45,097 nt of DNA from a virus (IMGVR_UViG_3300031454_000257:1-45097), one strand, 5' to 3'; positions 1-9,640 are shown, counted from the first letter of the stretch. Notes: generated by a model not told the origin, from the letters alone. Numbers and translations are program-made.

Positions 1-780
1 CTAAACTTCTCTCAATGTAAATTCAAATTCTCCGTAGCCAAGCATCTGATTCTCGCCGTATTCGCCGACCAGCTTGACCAGTAGCTGTTCGTTATTTCTG
101 TCCGGGTTTATCCACAGAAACGGCTCGCGCCGCCGCTGGGCGTAAAGAAACTGCCGCAGCTCGTTGCCTTTTACTCCACTGACATAAAGCGTATTTAGCG
201 TGAACTCTCTTTTTTGAGGCGCGTCTTCAATTACTTCGTCGCTGCCCGAAATCGGCTCGAAATATCGTAATTTTTGGAGGTATTTGATTGAGAGCGGTCG
301 CCTGTGGCAAAACGAGATTGACGGCAGCGTTTCAAAAAGTTCGATGGCGCTCAAAATCGCAACCGTCGTTCCGCCCGAAATAAACGTCGCGGCGATTCCC
401 GACAGTCCGGTGGGCAAGAGAAATTCTCTTAACGACGCCGTTTGATAGCCGTTTTCGCCCGTATCCCAATTTGCGATTTGCCCGCTACTGCCGATGTTTA
501 TCGTCCAGACGCGCTGACCGGGCGTGCTGGTGCCGCCCGCGCCAGCCCAGAAACGAAATTTATAACGCTTTGCCGGATTAAGTCCCGCAAAGGAATATCC
601 AAGCGACGTGCTTGTATAACGCGCGGTTTGGAAAACTGCGTTCGGCGGCGGCGACGACAGCCCGGGAGGAATAACGGCGGTGAACGCGCCGTAGTCGAAA
701 GGTGTTCCGCCCGTAAAAAAAGCATCCGCGTCAAAAGGCGCAACCGCTCCGCCGCCGCAATTTATTCTTATGTCTGGCAT
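1..780 (-). CDS. Tail protein: N-terminal malectin-like carbohydrate-binding domain plus C-terminal distal-tail (lambda gpM-like) region
   Basis: Malectin-like pattern INCGG...DADAFFTGG...VFQTARY...GQRVWTINI; C-terminal LRQFL...EPFLWINP resembles gpM/Dit; lies downstream of the tape measure. Confidence 0.65.
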   Translation of the reverse strand: MPDIRINCGGGAVAPFDADAFFTGGTPFDYGAFTAVIPPGLSSPPPNAVFQTARYTSTSLGYSFAGLNPAKRYKFRFWAGAGGTSTPGQRVWTINIGSSGQIANWDTGENGYQTASLREFLLPTGLSGIAATFISGGTTVAILSAIELFETLPSISFCHRRPLSIKYLQKLRYFEPISGSDEVIEDAPQKREFTLNTLYVSGVKGNELRQFLYAQRRREPFLWINPDRNNEQLLVKLVGEYGENQMLGYGEFEFTLREV

Positions 781-793
781 TTTTTTACATTTC

Positions 794-1432
794 TCAACGC
801 ATTAAATCAAATTCCGGCATCGCGTATCTGCCCTTATTCTGGTAATCGTCGAGCAGCGGCGATAATTTATGGTCGCCGCCGCCGCCGCCGCCGCCGCCGC
901 GCGTCGGTCGATTGTCGATGTCGTTATAAACCGGCTCCTCGGGTTTGGGTTGGGCGGCGAGCGGAACTGCCGAGTCGGGGAAAAACGAGACAACCGAGAC
1001 GCCGCCGTATTCCGCCGCGTCGACTTTCGACGTAAAAAAGACGTTCACCCAATCACCGTCGATGTCGCCGACGATGATTTCACCCGTGATTTTATCGTCG
1101 TGCCACTGCGTTCCGGTGTCGGCGTCGTAAAAATACGCGCCCAAAACAGCCGTCGTGCCTGATAAAATGTCGGGCGTGTTGATAAGATTTCTGCCGAAGG
1201 CGAGCGTGATATTCGAGATTTTCAAATCGATTCCTTCGACCGCCGCCGTCAATTCCAAATTGAGCGCGCCCACAGGCGCCAGCTTGCCGAGATAAGTTAC
1301 GCCGCCGGAATTCGTATCGCCTGTCGAAAAATAGAGCATTGTGCCGTCGCCGAGCGTTACGACCAAAGTCTCGCGCCGTGCCGCGCGTCCTAAAACGTCT
1401 TTCTGCGGCTGTGTTAAATAATCTCTCGCCAT
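794..1432 (-). CDS. Minor tail/hub protein (gpL/DUF2163-like)
   Basis: Directly follows the tape measure; beta-rich; poly-Gly linker near the C-terminus. Confidence 0.5.
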   Translation of the reverse strand: MARDYLTQPQKDVLGRAARRETLVVTLGDGTMLYFSTGDTNSGGVTYLGKLAPVGALNLELTAAVEGIDLKISNITLAFGRNLINTPDILSGTTAVLGAYFYDADTGTQWHDDKITGEIIVGDIDGDWVNVFFTSKVDAAEYGGVSVVSFFPDSAVPLAAQPKPEEPVYNDIDNRPTRGGGGGGGGDHKLSPLLDDYQNKGRYAMPEFDLMR

Positions 1433-1437
1433 CGTTT

Positions 1438-4400
1438 TTAAGCGCCGCGCCGACCTCCGCGATTGACGTATCGCTTGACGCCGTTAATCGCAATCGATTC
1501 AATCTCGGCGTTCGTAATCCGCTCGCCGTTTAAGTTGATAACGATGTCGCCGATTTTAATTTCCGGCGTATTATTGTTGCCGTTTGGATTGTTGCCGCTG
1601 TTGCTGACGACGATCGGGGCGGCGAAGCTCACTCCTGAAGCAAATCGCGGCGTTTCCGCTTTCGGCGCATAGTTCGGCAATCCGGCGTGAGCGACGACAT
1701 CGAAACCTGCGGCGCGGCGCATTCTGTTTAACTGCCGCTCGTTGGCGACAATCTCGCCGTCGCCGATAAGTGCTTTGATATAATCACGCCCGGTGTATTG
1801 TCCAGGCATCTGTCCGTTCCTACGTTTGAAATCATTGTGTTGCGAGCGAAACGCCTTGTCCATATAAACGCCGCCAGCGAATTCTCCGACGAAATCTTTT
1901 GCCACTTGTCCGCGATTGATGTCCCACGCGTGCGCCTGCGCCGCAGATTCCGCGATTTGCTTGACGAGCGGGTCGATGCGCGCGCGTCCGTCGGCAATGG
2001 CTTTGTTGCGTGTTTTTTTGTCTTTCAGCTGACTCATCGCCTCGTAATACTGGCTTTGAATCTGCGTCGAGTTGGAGATGCCCGTATCCCAGTTTATTGA
2101 GGGCGGTCGTCGGTCGAGCTGCGCTTTTATCGTCGTCAACTGCGTGAAAGCGTCGCCGACGCTCCCCTGCCACGCTTTCGTGTCCTTTTTCTTTGTGCCG
2201 CCCGTGAATAATCCGACGATGCCGCCGATTATTCCGCCCGCCAGCGCGCCCCACGGTCCCAACATCGCGCCGAGCTGCATTCCCGTGCCAGCCGTCGACA
2301 CGGTGCTTCCGGCTCGACCGGGCAGCAATCCGCCGAACATCGCCATCAGCGCACCCGCGCCAGCCATTTTTCCCGCCAGCGCGCTCTTTTTGCCGCCGTT
2401 CAGTAAATTCGCTTTCGACGCGAACAAGCCGCCTTCTTTGGTCGAGAAAAGGTTTTTGAGATTGCCGAGAATTGAGCCGCCGCCTGCCGCTTTGAATTGT
2501 CCGGTTTCGTGCAAATTGCCGCCGCCGGACGAAGAAAAACCTTTGCCTAATCCGAATTGATTTAAAATCGACGCGATGCCGCCGCCCGATGAAGAAGAAG
2601 CTGACGAATTGCCGCCGCCGAATAATCCGCCGAGAATTGAGCCGTAGCCGCCGGATGCGCCGCCGCCGCCGCCGATATTTCCTGCAAACGGATTTGCAGA
2701 ATTGCCGAAAGACGAGCCGCCGAAAAATCGTCCGCCGATGCCGGGAATTCCTGTGCCGCCGCCGATGCTCGTAGAGCCGCCGCCGAACGCGCTGACCGCG
2801 CCGAGTTTGTTATCAATCGATTCGAGATGCGTCGCCGATTTGTTCGCCGCGTCGAGCGCCGGATTTCCCGTCGATTTGAGCGAATCGCCAAGACCGGGAA
2901 AAATCGAATCGGTAATGCGCGAGAAAACGCCGTTTAGCGCGTTTTGTCCGATTGCTTTTGCCGGTTCGATTAAAAACGAAAGATAGCCTTTCGTTTTCTC
3001 GTTCAATTTGTCGAGTGGCGCGAGAAGTTTATTGCTGACGCTGTCAAATGTTTTATTGAAGCCGTCGGCAATCGCTTCGTTTATATTTTTTGCTTCCGCA
3101 AGGTGCTGGTAAATTCCGGCGCGAATCTCGGTATTGGAAATTTTCATCGAGTTCGCCAAATCCGATTGGGCGCGATTTGTTGCGATTACGGCGTCCACCT
3201 CGCGGCGACGTAAATCTACGATGTCTCTTAATTGTGCGGCTTGGATTTCGAGCGCGTCGTTTGCGCCGCCATTGGCGATTTGGTCGCGCAAATCGGTGAT
3301 GTTTTGTTCGAGTGATAATTGTTCGCGCTTTGACGCCAGCATCCTGCGCTGGTTTGTAAAGGCTTCGTTTGCGTTTTGGCGGCGAAGCAAATCGATTGCT
3401 TGTTCAGTATCTCCAAGTTCGCGCAACTGGTCGTTTTTCGATTGCAGAAATTTCAAATCGACTTCTTCGGCTGAATTTCGGCGAAGCAGCAGCTGATAAT
3501 CGATTTGCGCCTGCAGGGTCGCCTCGCTGCGGGCGAATGATTGGTCTTCAAGAAGCGCGGTAACTTCGCCCATCATATTCCGCTCGCGCATCACGAGATT
3601 CTGACGCCGGACAACTACGCCGTTAATGTCTTCGGACAAACCGAGCGATTCACGCAAGTTTGCGACATATCGCTCATCTTCGTTTTGCTGCGGCGATATG
3701 TCGCTTGAAATAGCGGAAACGCCGCCCGTAATTATTCCCCGCGCGTCGAGCTTTGCCACGCGGTTCGCTTCAAAAGTCGCGGCAATCGATTCTTTCGACG
3801 GTTGGACGACGCCCGCCTTTTTCGCTTCTTCGGCGGCGAGCGATTGAAATCTATCGAGCATCTCGCCGGTCGGAATAAGTCCGACGATTTTGTAAAAACC
3901 GATTGCCTTTCGGGTTAGTTTTTCCTGTTCGGCTTTGGTAAGAGCGTCGGACTGTTTCTGATTGAAGTTTGCTATATCGTCGCCCGTATAGCCTGCGGTC
4001 TTGCCGCGCCGTTTTTCGTCAAGCTGTTTGAGATATTCAACCGGAACGCTGTAATACTTTTGCGGAAGAAAAAAACTTTTATTCTTGCTGTTACCAAGAT
4101 GAACATTTGGTCCGCTTGACTTAATGCCCGGAAAGAAACCAACAAGTCGTTCGTCAATTATCTGCTTGCCTTTTTCGATTCCCGTTACAATTAGTCGCGT
4201 CCAATCTTCAACCGATTTGCCGGGATTAGCTTTAACAGACGTATCAACCGCGCCTGACCCGGCGTGATTAGTCGCGCCGTTCGGTCCGCCTTTGCGAAAC
4301 GCGCTTCCCGGAATAAAATCCTGACTTCTAATAATGTCTTTGATTTCCTCAAACGGATTTTTACTTCTGCCGGCGCTCTTTCCTTTTGCGCCGCCGCCTT

Positions 4401-6213
4401 TGCCCAATCCGTAATCTTCGCCGCCTTCGTCAGTGCCTCTGCCTAAACCCGAATTTCTGTTTTTATTTTTGAGTTTATTCGCCGCCGCTTCGTCGCGCTT
4501 TCTTTGCTCTATGGTGTCGAGAGCGCGCAAATCAGCAAAACGGTTGGTTTTCGCCAGATGCAGATTGGCGAGTTTGTCGTAAGTGTTGAAAATGTTTGTG
4601 TCGGCTTGGAGTTTAGCGTTCGCGGCTGAAAGCTCTGCGCCGTAATCGCGCGAATAATCGGTGTCGGATTTTTTGAAATTCGGCAAAGCGTCAACGAAAC
4701 CGATTCCGAGCGCCGATTTTGCTATGTCCGGCACAGATTTCAAGTAGTCGATTACTTCGTTTAGTTTTCCGCCGAGCGTGTCGAGCGGCTTGACCATATA
4801 CTCAATCATCACGTATTGAATCGCTTTGCCCGCGACGGTGAACGAATCTTTGACGACTGTTCCCATCATTGAAGCCGCCACTTGAATATCGGTTAGTATT
4901 CCGGTTACGCCGTTTGCGTAGCCGTTCCACGAGATTAAGGTTGAAGCTATGTTGTGTCCGACTTCGGCGAACGTATCTTTTGATTGGTCTTTATGGTCTG
5001 AAAGCGTTCCGGTCGTCTCTTTTATATGACCGATGACAATTTCCATCAGCGCGCCCGCGCTTCTGCCCCATTCTGTCCACGCGCCGCGATTGGCAATTAA
5101 AAAAGACGAAATATCTTCCATCGCGCCCGTAATGACAGGCGCAAATTCCTTGCCGATGGTCAAACCGAAACCCTTGACAACTTTTTGAAGCTGAATATAC
5201 GCATCGCTAAACTTTTTCGCTTTTTCAACGCCGTCTTGGTCGAAAACCAGTCCGGCTTCGATTGCTTTTTGTTTTGCTTCTTCAAAACTTCCGCCGAGTT
5301 TAAGAAACGTCGGAATCAGATTTGCGCCGGATTTTCCGAATAAAGCGATAGCGACGCCCGCACGGTTCGCGCCCGCCGGAATTTCGTTGAATTTTGTCAG
5401 AAATTGAGCAAACGCCGCTTCCGGGTCTTTGACACCGGCTTTGATGTCGATGCCCATTTGCTTGAAGACGCCTGAAACTTTGCCGCCGCCGCCCGATAAA
5501 TTCTTTTCAAACCGCGCAAAGCCGGTCGTAAAATCTTCGATTGACGAGCGCGAAATGTCCGCCGCGCCTTTTATAACCGATAAGGCTTCGGCGGACATTC
5601 CGATTTTCTGCGACGCCGTGAAAATTGTCGTGCCGGTTTCGGAGAAACTTTTAGCTAACCCGAAAACGCTTTCGCCGATGCCCGCGATTCGCCCCGGAAT
5701 TGAAGCGAGCGCGGAGACGACGCCGGTCGCTAATCCGCCGACGAGCGTGCCTAGTGCCGCGCCGCCGAAGGCTTGCGAGAAAATTGAACTTGATTTGCCG
5801 GCAGAGTTTTGTGTTTCTCTTTCGAGCTTTTTTAGTTCGGCAATCGCGGCATTATTCGCCGCTTTGCTTTCGCCGATTTTTATACGTGTGAGGGCTTTTT
5901 CGCTTCTTTCGATTTCAGCGTTCGTTGCGCGATTTGAGCGCAGACGTTCGGCGTCGAGCCGTTTGGCATCGGCGAGCGCGGCTTTCATCGCGGGGTCGCC
6001 GCTCAAAGAAGGACTTCGACCGCCGCCGCCGCCGCCCGACGGCGCTCTATTCTGCGGCGCGACTCCGGCTGTCAAACCTGAAAAAACTTTCTTTAGATTG
6101 TCGGCGGTTTTCTTTGCTTCTTTGTCGATGTAATCAAAGGATGAGCGAAACGAGCGATTTACGCCTGCGGTATCGCCTTTGCCGACAACTGTTATTTGAA
6201 TTGTTTTATTCAA
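1438..6213 (-). CDS. Tape measure protein with an embedded putative M15/LAS Zn-peptidase domain
   Basis: About 1590 aa, Ala/Gly-rich and helical, with TMP-like AIALFGKSGANLIP; likely TTG start at 6213 after GGAG; internal NHAGSGAVD...VHLG. Confidence 0.9.
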   Translation of the reverse strand: MNKTIQITVVGKGDTAGVNRSFRSSFDYIDKEAKKTADNLKKVFSGLTAGVAPQNRAPSGGGGGGRSPSLSGDPAMKAALADAKRLDAERLRSNRATNAEIERSEKALTRIKIGESKAANNAAIAELKKLERETQNSAGKSSSIFSQAFGGAALGTLVGGLATGVVSALASIPGRIAGIGESVFGLAKSFSETGTTIFTASQKIGMSAEALSVIKGAADISRSSIEDFTTGFARFEKNLSGGGGKVSGVFKQMGIDIKAGVKDPEAAFAQFLTKFNEIPAGANRAGVAIALFGKSGANLIPTFLKLGGSFEEAKQKAIEAGLVFDQDGVEKAKKFSDAYIQLQKVVKGFGLTIGKEFAPVITGAMEDISSFLIANRGAWTEWGRSAGALMEIVIGHIKETTGTLSDHKDQSKDTFAEVGHNIASTLISWNGYANGVTGILTDIQVAASMMGTVVKDSFTVAGKAIQYVMIEYMVKPLDTLGGKLNEVIDYLKSVPDIAKSALGIGFVDALPNFKKSDTDYSRDYGAELSAANAKLQADTNIFNTYDKLANLHLAKTNRFADLRALDTIEQRKRDEAAANKLKNKNRNSGLGRGTDEGGEDYGLGKGGGAKGKSAGRSKNPFEEIKDIIRSQDFIPGSAFRKGGPNGATNHAGSGAVDTSVKANPGKSVEDWTRLIVTGIEKGKQIIDERLVGFFPGIKSSGPNVHLGNSKNKSFFLPQKYYSVPVEYLKQLDEKRRGKTAGYTGDDIANFNQKQSDALTKAEQEKLTRKAIGFYKIVGLIPTGEMLDRFQSLAAEEAKKAGVVQPSKESIAATFEANRVAKLDARGIITGGVSAISSDISPQQNEDERYVANLRESLGLSEDINGVVVRRQNLVMRERNMMGEVTALLEDQSFARSEATLQAQIDYQLLLRRNSAEEVDLKFLQSKNDQLRELGDTEQAIDLLRRQNANEAFTNQRRMLASKREQLSLEQNITDLRDQIANGGANDALEIQAAQLRDIVDLRRREVDAVIATNRAQSDLANSMKISNTEIRAGIYQHLAEAKNINEAIADGFNKTFDSVSNKLLAPLDKLNEKTKGYLSFLIEPAKAIGQNALNGVFSRITDSIFPGLGDSLKSTGNPALDAANKSATHLESIDNKLGAVSAFGGGSTSIGGGTGIPGIGGRFFGGSSFGNSANPFAGNIGGGGGASGGYGSILGGLFGGGNSSASSSSGGGIASILNQFGLGKGFSSSGGGNLHETGQFKAAGGGSILGNLKNLFSTKEGGLFASKANLLNGGKKSALAGKMAGAGALMAMFGGLLPGRAGSTVSTAGTGMQLGAMLGPWGALAGGIIGGIVGLFTGGTKKKDTKAWQGSVGDAFTQLTTIKAQLDRRPPSINWDTGISNSTQIQSQYYEAMSQLKDKKTRNKAIADGRARIDPLVKQIAESAAQAHAWDINRGQVAKDFVGEFAGGVYMDKAFRSQHNDFKRRNGQMPGQYTGRDYIKALIGDGEIVANERQLNRMRRAAGFDVVAHAGLPNYAPKAETPRFASGVSFAAPIVVSNSGNNPNGNNNTPEIKIGDIVINLNGERITNAEIESIAINGVKRYVNRGGRRGA

Positions 6214-6224
6214 AAGAAAACTCC

Positions 6225-6268
6225 AAAAAAAAAAGCGACCAAACAACCTAAAGGTTGGATTTGGTCGC
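6225..6268 (-). terminator. Intrinsic terminator immediately upstream of the tape-measure RBS
   Basis: GCGACCAAA...TTTGGTCGC stem followed by T10 on the minus strand. Confidence 0.8.
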
Positions 6269-6354
6269 CTACGGGCAACTAATAAATTGTTATTATTTGC
6301 ACGGCTGCGCCAAATTAGGGCGCAACCATAATGCTGCACAAATAAATTAAGTGT

Positions 6355-6383
6355 ATTTTAGATTAAAAACATATAAAAGACAA
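6355..6383 (-). promoter_or_regulatory. Sigma70-type promoter for the tape-measure leader
   Basis: TTGTCT-N17-TAAAAT on the minus strand. Confidence 0.6.
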
Positions 6384-6400
6384 GAAATTACTTTTAACCT

Positions 6401-7160
6401 TTATTCTTCTATTTTCCGCTTTGATAAGATTTTCCCAGTTTCAAAATTATAAAGCCAAATCTCTTTCATTTCTACAATAAGTGAATAATTATATCCTTTA
6501 ACTTCTTCTGGATTATCAAGCGTAGGCTTGTATAACGCGGTGGCTGTTTTAACAAAAGGTTGCAATGGTTCGCCTATTACGAGAAACCGCAAATTCGGCA
6601 CAAGTTTCATCGCTTCCTGTGGCGGCACATTTTCTAAATAGAAGTCTGGTTTTATTTTTTCCGTTTCAATAAATATATTTTCATATTCTTTATAGCTAAT
6701 TATTCGTTTGACTCCGAAGGCATTTTCACCAACGTATGTTTTGCCTTCAAGTTGTTTATGCGACCAAGTATGGTATTTACCAAAATTAAGGCATTTTACC
6801 TTCATTAGCGTCCGCAATATAATCGCATTCAATCGGAATGCTGAACGCTAACAAATCACTTGCAGTCAGTTTTGCGGAAATTCTGCGGTCATACATACCA
6901 TTCAAGCGTGATTGACAGTTTTTAGTGGTTTCATATTTGCCGCAGCCTTTTACTATTTCGAGTGCAAATGATAAAAAAGTTGGAAGAAAAGAGCGGGCAT
7001 CGTGTCCTAAATAGCGTGGCGGCAAAGCACTAACTTTAGTGTCGAACGAATTACTTTCGTATTTAGGTGAGATTGATTTGCTTGCTGCCTGCGCTTTGGA
7101 TTGCCCGAATCCATTAACCGCAAAACACAAAACAAGAATAAAAAAGGCGAGTATTTTCAT
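6401..7160 (-). pseudogene. Exported protein gene apparently split by a frameshift (6786-7160 and 6401-6832)
   Basis: Signal peptide MKILAFFILVLCFAVNGFGQ; the two ORFs overlap in different frames near 6805 and read as one protein (...YIADA/MKVKCL...GENAFG...IWLYNFETGK). Confidence 0.55.
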
Positions 7161-7199
7161 ATACTCGCCTTTATAACTTTAAAGTTAAGGTTTGTAAAT

Positions 7200-7541
7200 T
7201 TATCTACTCTCGAATCGAGTTTTGAAATTTAACTTCATAAGCGGAATTGCGGCGAAATAAATCTCACAGACAGCGTTCAAGTCTTCATAAGCCTTTTCCA
7301 AATCTCCAATGATTCCATTTACGCCGACTTCTTTAATCTGTCCTAAATGCGCCTTTTCGTCTTTTGGACGGCGATTGAAATAAGCATTGTGGGCGGTTTT
7401 GGCTTTCCTCCGAGCGGCAGTTACCAATTTATCGGCAGCAGGCTTGTTAATCGCTTGAATTTTCATTTGCGAGCGCATCTCGGCGATAGCCGCGTTAATT
7501 GTCATAATCGCGGTTTCTGCTTTTTCGGAAATTGTTTTCAT
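7200..7541 (-). CDS. Hypothetical helical protein
   Basis: Start MKTISEK is coupled to the upstream stop. Confidence 0.6.
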   Translation of the reverse strand: MKTISEKAETAIMTINAAIAEMRSQMKIQAINKPAADKLVTAARRKAKTAHNAYFNRRPKDEKAHLGQIKEVGVNGIIGDLEKAYEDLNAVCEIYFAAIPLMKLNFKTRFESR

Positions 7542-7542
7542 C

Positions 7543-7959
7543 TCATTCCAACTTGAAAGGTAATTCGTATTGGACATTATACTTAGATTGTAGTTCTTTC
7601 TGAAATTCTTTTGCCTCATTCGCGTGATATTTTGTTTTTGAGATGTGGTAATTGATTACCTGCTTGTATTGCTCGATGTCGAAAAGGCGCGGCTGCATAT
7701 AAACGTGAACGATTTCGCCGACTTCGTTTTCGATTTCAATATTCGCAAAGGCTGGTCTGCCGCGCTCGTCTTTCAGAGTTTTCAGCCATTTTCGGGTTTC
7801 CGATTTTTGATAAGCGAAAATCATTTCTGCCGGGTCTTTGCCCGCCCACATTCCGTTGGCAATCAACAGATGCGTTAAATCGTCGGTTTCAGAAAACTTA
7901 TTAACGGCTAAAATTTCAAGAACCTTCTGTTTTGGTGATTTTTCAATTTTCTTACTCAT
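7543..7959 (-). CDS. Hypothetical protein coupled to the ParB-like gene
   Basis: 138 aa; overlaps the upstream stop; GGAG RBS. Confidence 0.7.
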   Translation of the reverse strand: MSKKIEKSPKQKVLEILAVNKFSETDDLTHLLIANGMWAGKDPAEMIFAYQKSETRKWLKTLKDERGRPAFANIEIENEVGEIVHVYMQPRLFDIEQYKQVINYHISKTKYHANEAKEFQKELQSKYNVQYELPFKLE

Positions 7960-8806
7960 TATTTAATTGCTCCTCCATTTCCTGAATAAAATTGCCGATT
8001 TTCCCTGCCAAGTCTTTAGTGTTTTCGTAGTAGGAAAGCCGGGCTTGCTTTGACCAATTCCGCCAGATATAAGAAATTCCACCGTTTATATTTATGCTGT
8101 TAATAGTCCGGTGAATTTTATACATCGTTTCAGAAAAATTAACGTCTGGGTCTTCCCCTTTTTCAAAATCGCGCTTATATTTCTCGACTATCTTAGTAAC
8201 TTCCCCGATTCTGCCTTGAGCTAAGTCCTCTCGTATTTCCTTCTGTCTTTTGGTATCGACAACATCAAGAGCCTTTGCCATATTGATTGCGTCTTTCTGT
8301 GTGGGAACGCTCACAATCTCAGGGTATTTTTCCTTCGCCTCAACAAACGCGCCTGCCGTTCGGACGGTTTTTTCACTTACGCCAAATTCCTTTGCCATTA
8401 CTTCAGCGGTTCGCTTAGGCTCAACGTCTAAAATCAAGTGGTAATTATTACCACTTGATTTTCTATCGCCCCCGTGCCGCTTTTTCCGCAAGTTGTAAAG
8501 TTTGCCGATAAAATCGGTTTTTTGGTCTTTGGTTAGATTTCGCCGTCCGAGTTGGTTCGTGTAAATCCACTCTAAAACTTCATCTTCGGTTTCAAATTCG
8601 ATTGAGCGGTCAACCGTCCGAAACGGAATATTATTTTTAGTGCAGATATTGTGTCGGTTGTGTCCGTCAATGATTTGATTTTCCCAAATCATCAGCGGCG
8701 TTTCGCAACCGTTTTTGATAATGCTTTCTTCAAGCTGGTTATGTTCTTCTTCTGACAAAGGCGGAAGAAGTTCTTTGAATTTTGGATTTATTTGCAGGTC
8801 GTCCAT
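7952..8806 (-). CDS. ParB/Srx-like N-terminal domain protein with HTH
   Basis: LLPPLSEEE..QLEESI..NG, IIDGHNR, NQLGRRNLT; HTH-like TAEVMAKEFGVSEKTVR. Confidence 0.8.
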   Translation of the reverse strand: MDDLQINPKFKELLPPLSEEEHNQLEESIIKNGCETPLMIWENQIIDGHNRHNICTKNNIPFRTVDRSIEFETEDEVLEWIYTNQLGRRNLTKDQKTDFIGKLYNLRKKRHGGDRKSSGNNYHLILDVEPKRTAEVMAKEFGVSEKTVRTAGAFVEAKEKYPEIVSVPTQKDAINMAKALDVVDTKRQKEIREDLAQGRIGEVTKIVEKYKRDFEKGEDPDVNFSETMYKIHRTINSININGGISYIWRNWSKQARLSYYENTKDLAGKIGNFIQEMEEQLNNE

Positions 8807-8811
8807 AGTTT

Positions 8812-9132
8812 TTATTGGTCAAGCCTTTTTTGATAGAACGCTTTCAAATCGTCAAAGCATTCTTTAACAGTCGGGTCGATTTTCTCGTTAAATTCTTCCA
8901 CGTATTTCGTCGGCAAATCATCGAAAGAATCAATAAATTTTTGCTTGCCTTTTGCTGAAAATCGGTCGAATTTTGCCGTCATCCCGGAAATTATGATTTC
9001 CATTTTTGCCAGCCATTCGGAATTGTCCGCTTCGATTGGCTGTGATAATGCAACCGAAGGAATGGCGACGACGACCGCCGCCGCGCCGAGAAGTTTTAGG
9101 AAGTTGCGACGTGATTGGTTTAGATTTTTCAT
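8812..9132 (-). CDS. Twin-arginine (Tat) signal-peptide protein
   Basis: MKNLNQSRRNFLKLLGAAAVVVAIPSVALS; GAGGTG RBS; start overlaps the upstream stop. Confidence 0.7.
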   Translation of the reverse strand: MKNLNQSRRNFLKLLGAAAVVVAIPSVALSQPIEADNSEWLAKMEIIISGMTAKFDRFSAKGKQKFIDSFDDLPTKYVEEFNEKIDPTVKECFDDLKAFYQKRLDQ

Positions 9133-9323
9133 TGAATCACCTCTGCGTCTAAAACGTCCGCCGATTCGTTTTCTTCGTAATAAGCGCAAAGAATCGCCTC
9201 AATTTGTTTTGGAACTGTCCGCTTGCACCGTTTGGCGTCGTCTATTAACGTGATAGCTATTTGTTCCGGCACTTTTATTCTCTTTGATAAAGAGACGTTC
9301 ATCGTGTTATTATTTTTATTCAT
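9129..9323 (-). CDS. Arc/Mnt-like ribbon-helix-helix regulator
   Basis: KRIKVPEQIAITLIDDAKRCKRTVPKQIEAIL fits the RHH pattern; AAGGAG RBS. Confidence 0.6.
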   Translation of the reverse strand: MNKNNNTMNVSLSKRIKVPEQIAITLIDDAKRCKRTVPKQIEAILCAYYEENESADVLDAEVIQ

Positions 9324-9352
9324 CTGGTTACTCCTTCTTAGTTTGGGGTAAA

Positions 9353-9391
9353 GAAAGGCTTAGAAATCCCGCAAAGATTTCTAAGCCTTTC
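9353..9391 (-). terminator. Perfect 16-bp hairpin, probable terminator/attenuator
   Basis: GAAAGGCTTAGAAATC / GATTTCTAAGCCTTTC. Confidence 0.7.
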
Positions 9392-9395
9392 GCCG

Positions 9396-9593
9396 TTAAT
9401 TACAGTCGGGACAAAATTCGCTTCCGTTGCCGAATCCCCAGCCGCGCCGTTTGAGTTCGCTTTCCGTTCCCGTCGATTGGTTCGGACAGCAATCGCAAAA
9501 TGCGGTCGTCGTCTGTTCGACGGTTTTGATTTGAAAATTAGCGCCGCCTGCGTTCATCGTTTCGGTCGTTGTGGTTGTTGTTTGAACTTGCAT
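9396..9593 (-). CDS. Small Cys-rich (Zn-binding) protein
   Basis: CDCC...RGW...FCPDC; GGAG RBS. Confidence 0.65.
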   Translation of the reverse strand: MQVQTTTTTTETMNAGGANFQIKTVEQTTTAFCDCCPNQSTGTESELKRRGWGFGNGSEFCPDCN

Positions 9594-9640
9594 TTTTTAA
9601 TCTCCGTGTAATTTATTTAGTTAATTGCTTAACTAAAATT

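Noticed and set aside
874-900. (GCC)n tandem repeat and the long plus-strand Arg/Pro-rich ORFs across 442-6251
   Set aside because: The repeat encodes a poly-Gly linker on the minus strand; the plus-strand ORFs are antisense shadows of GC-rich tail genes
6214-6339. Longer tape-measure start at 6339
   Set aside because: The extension runs through the terminator and T10 tract; GGAG plus TTG at 6213 is a better start
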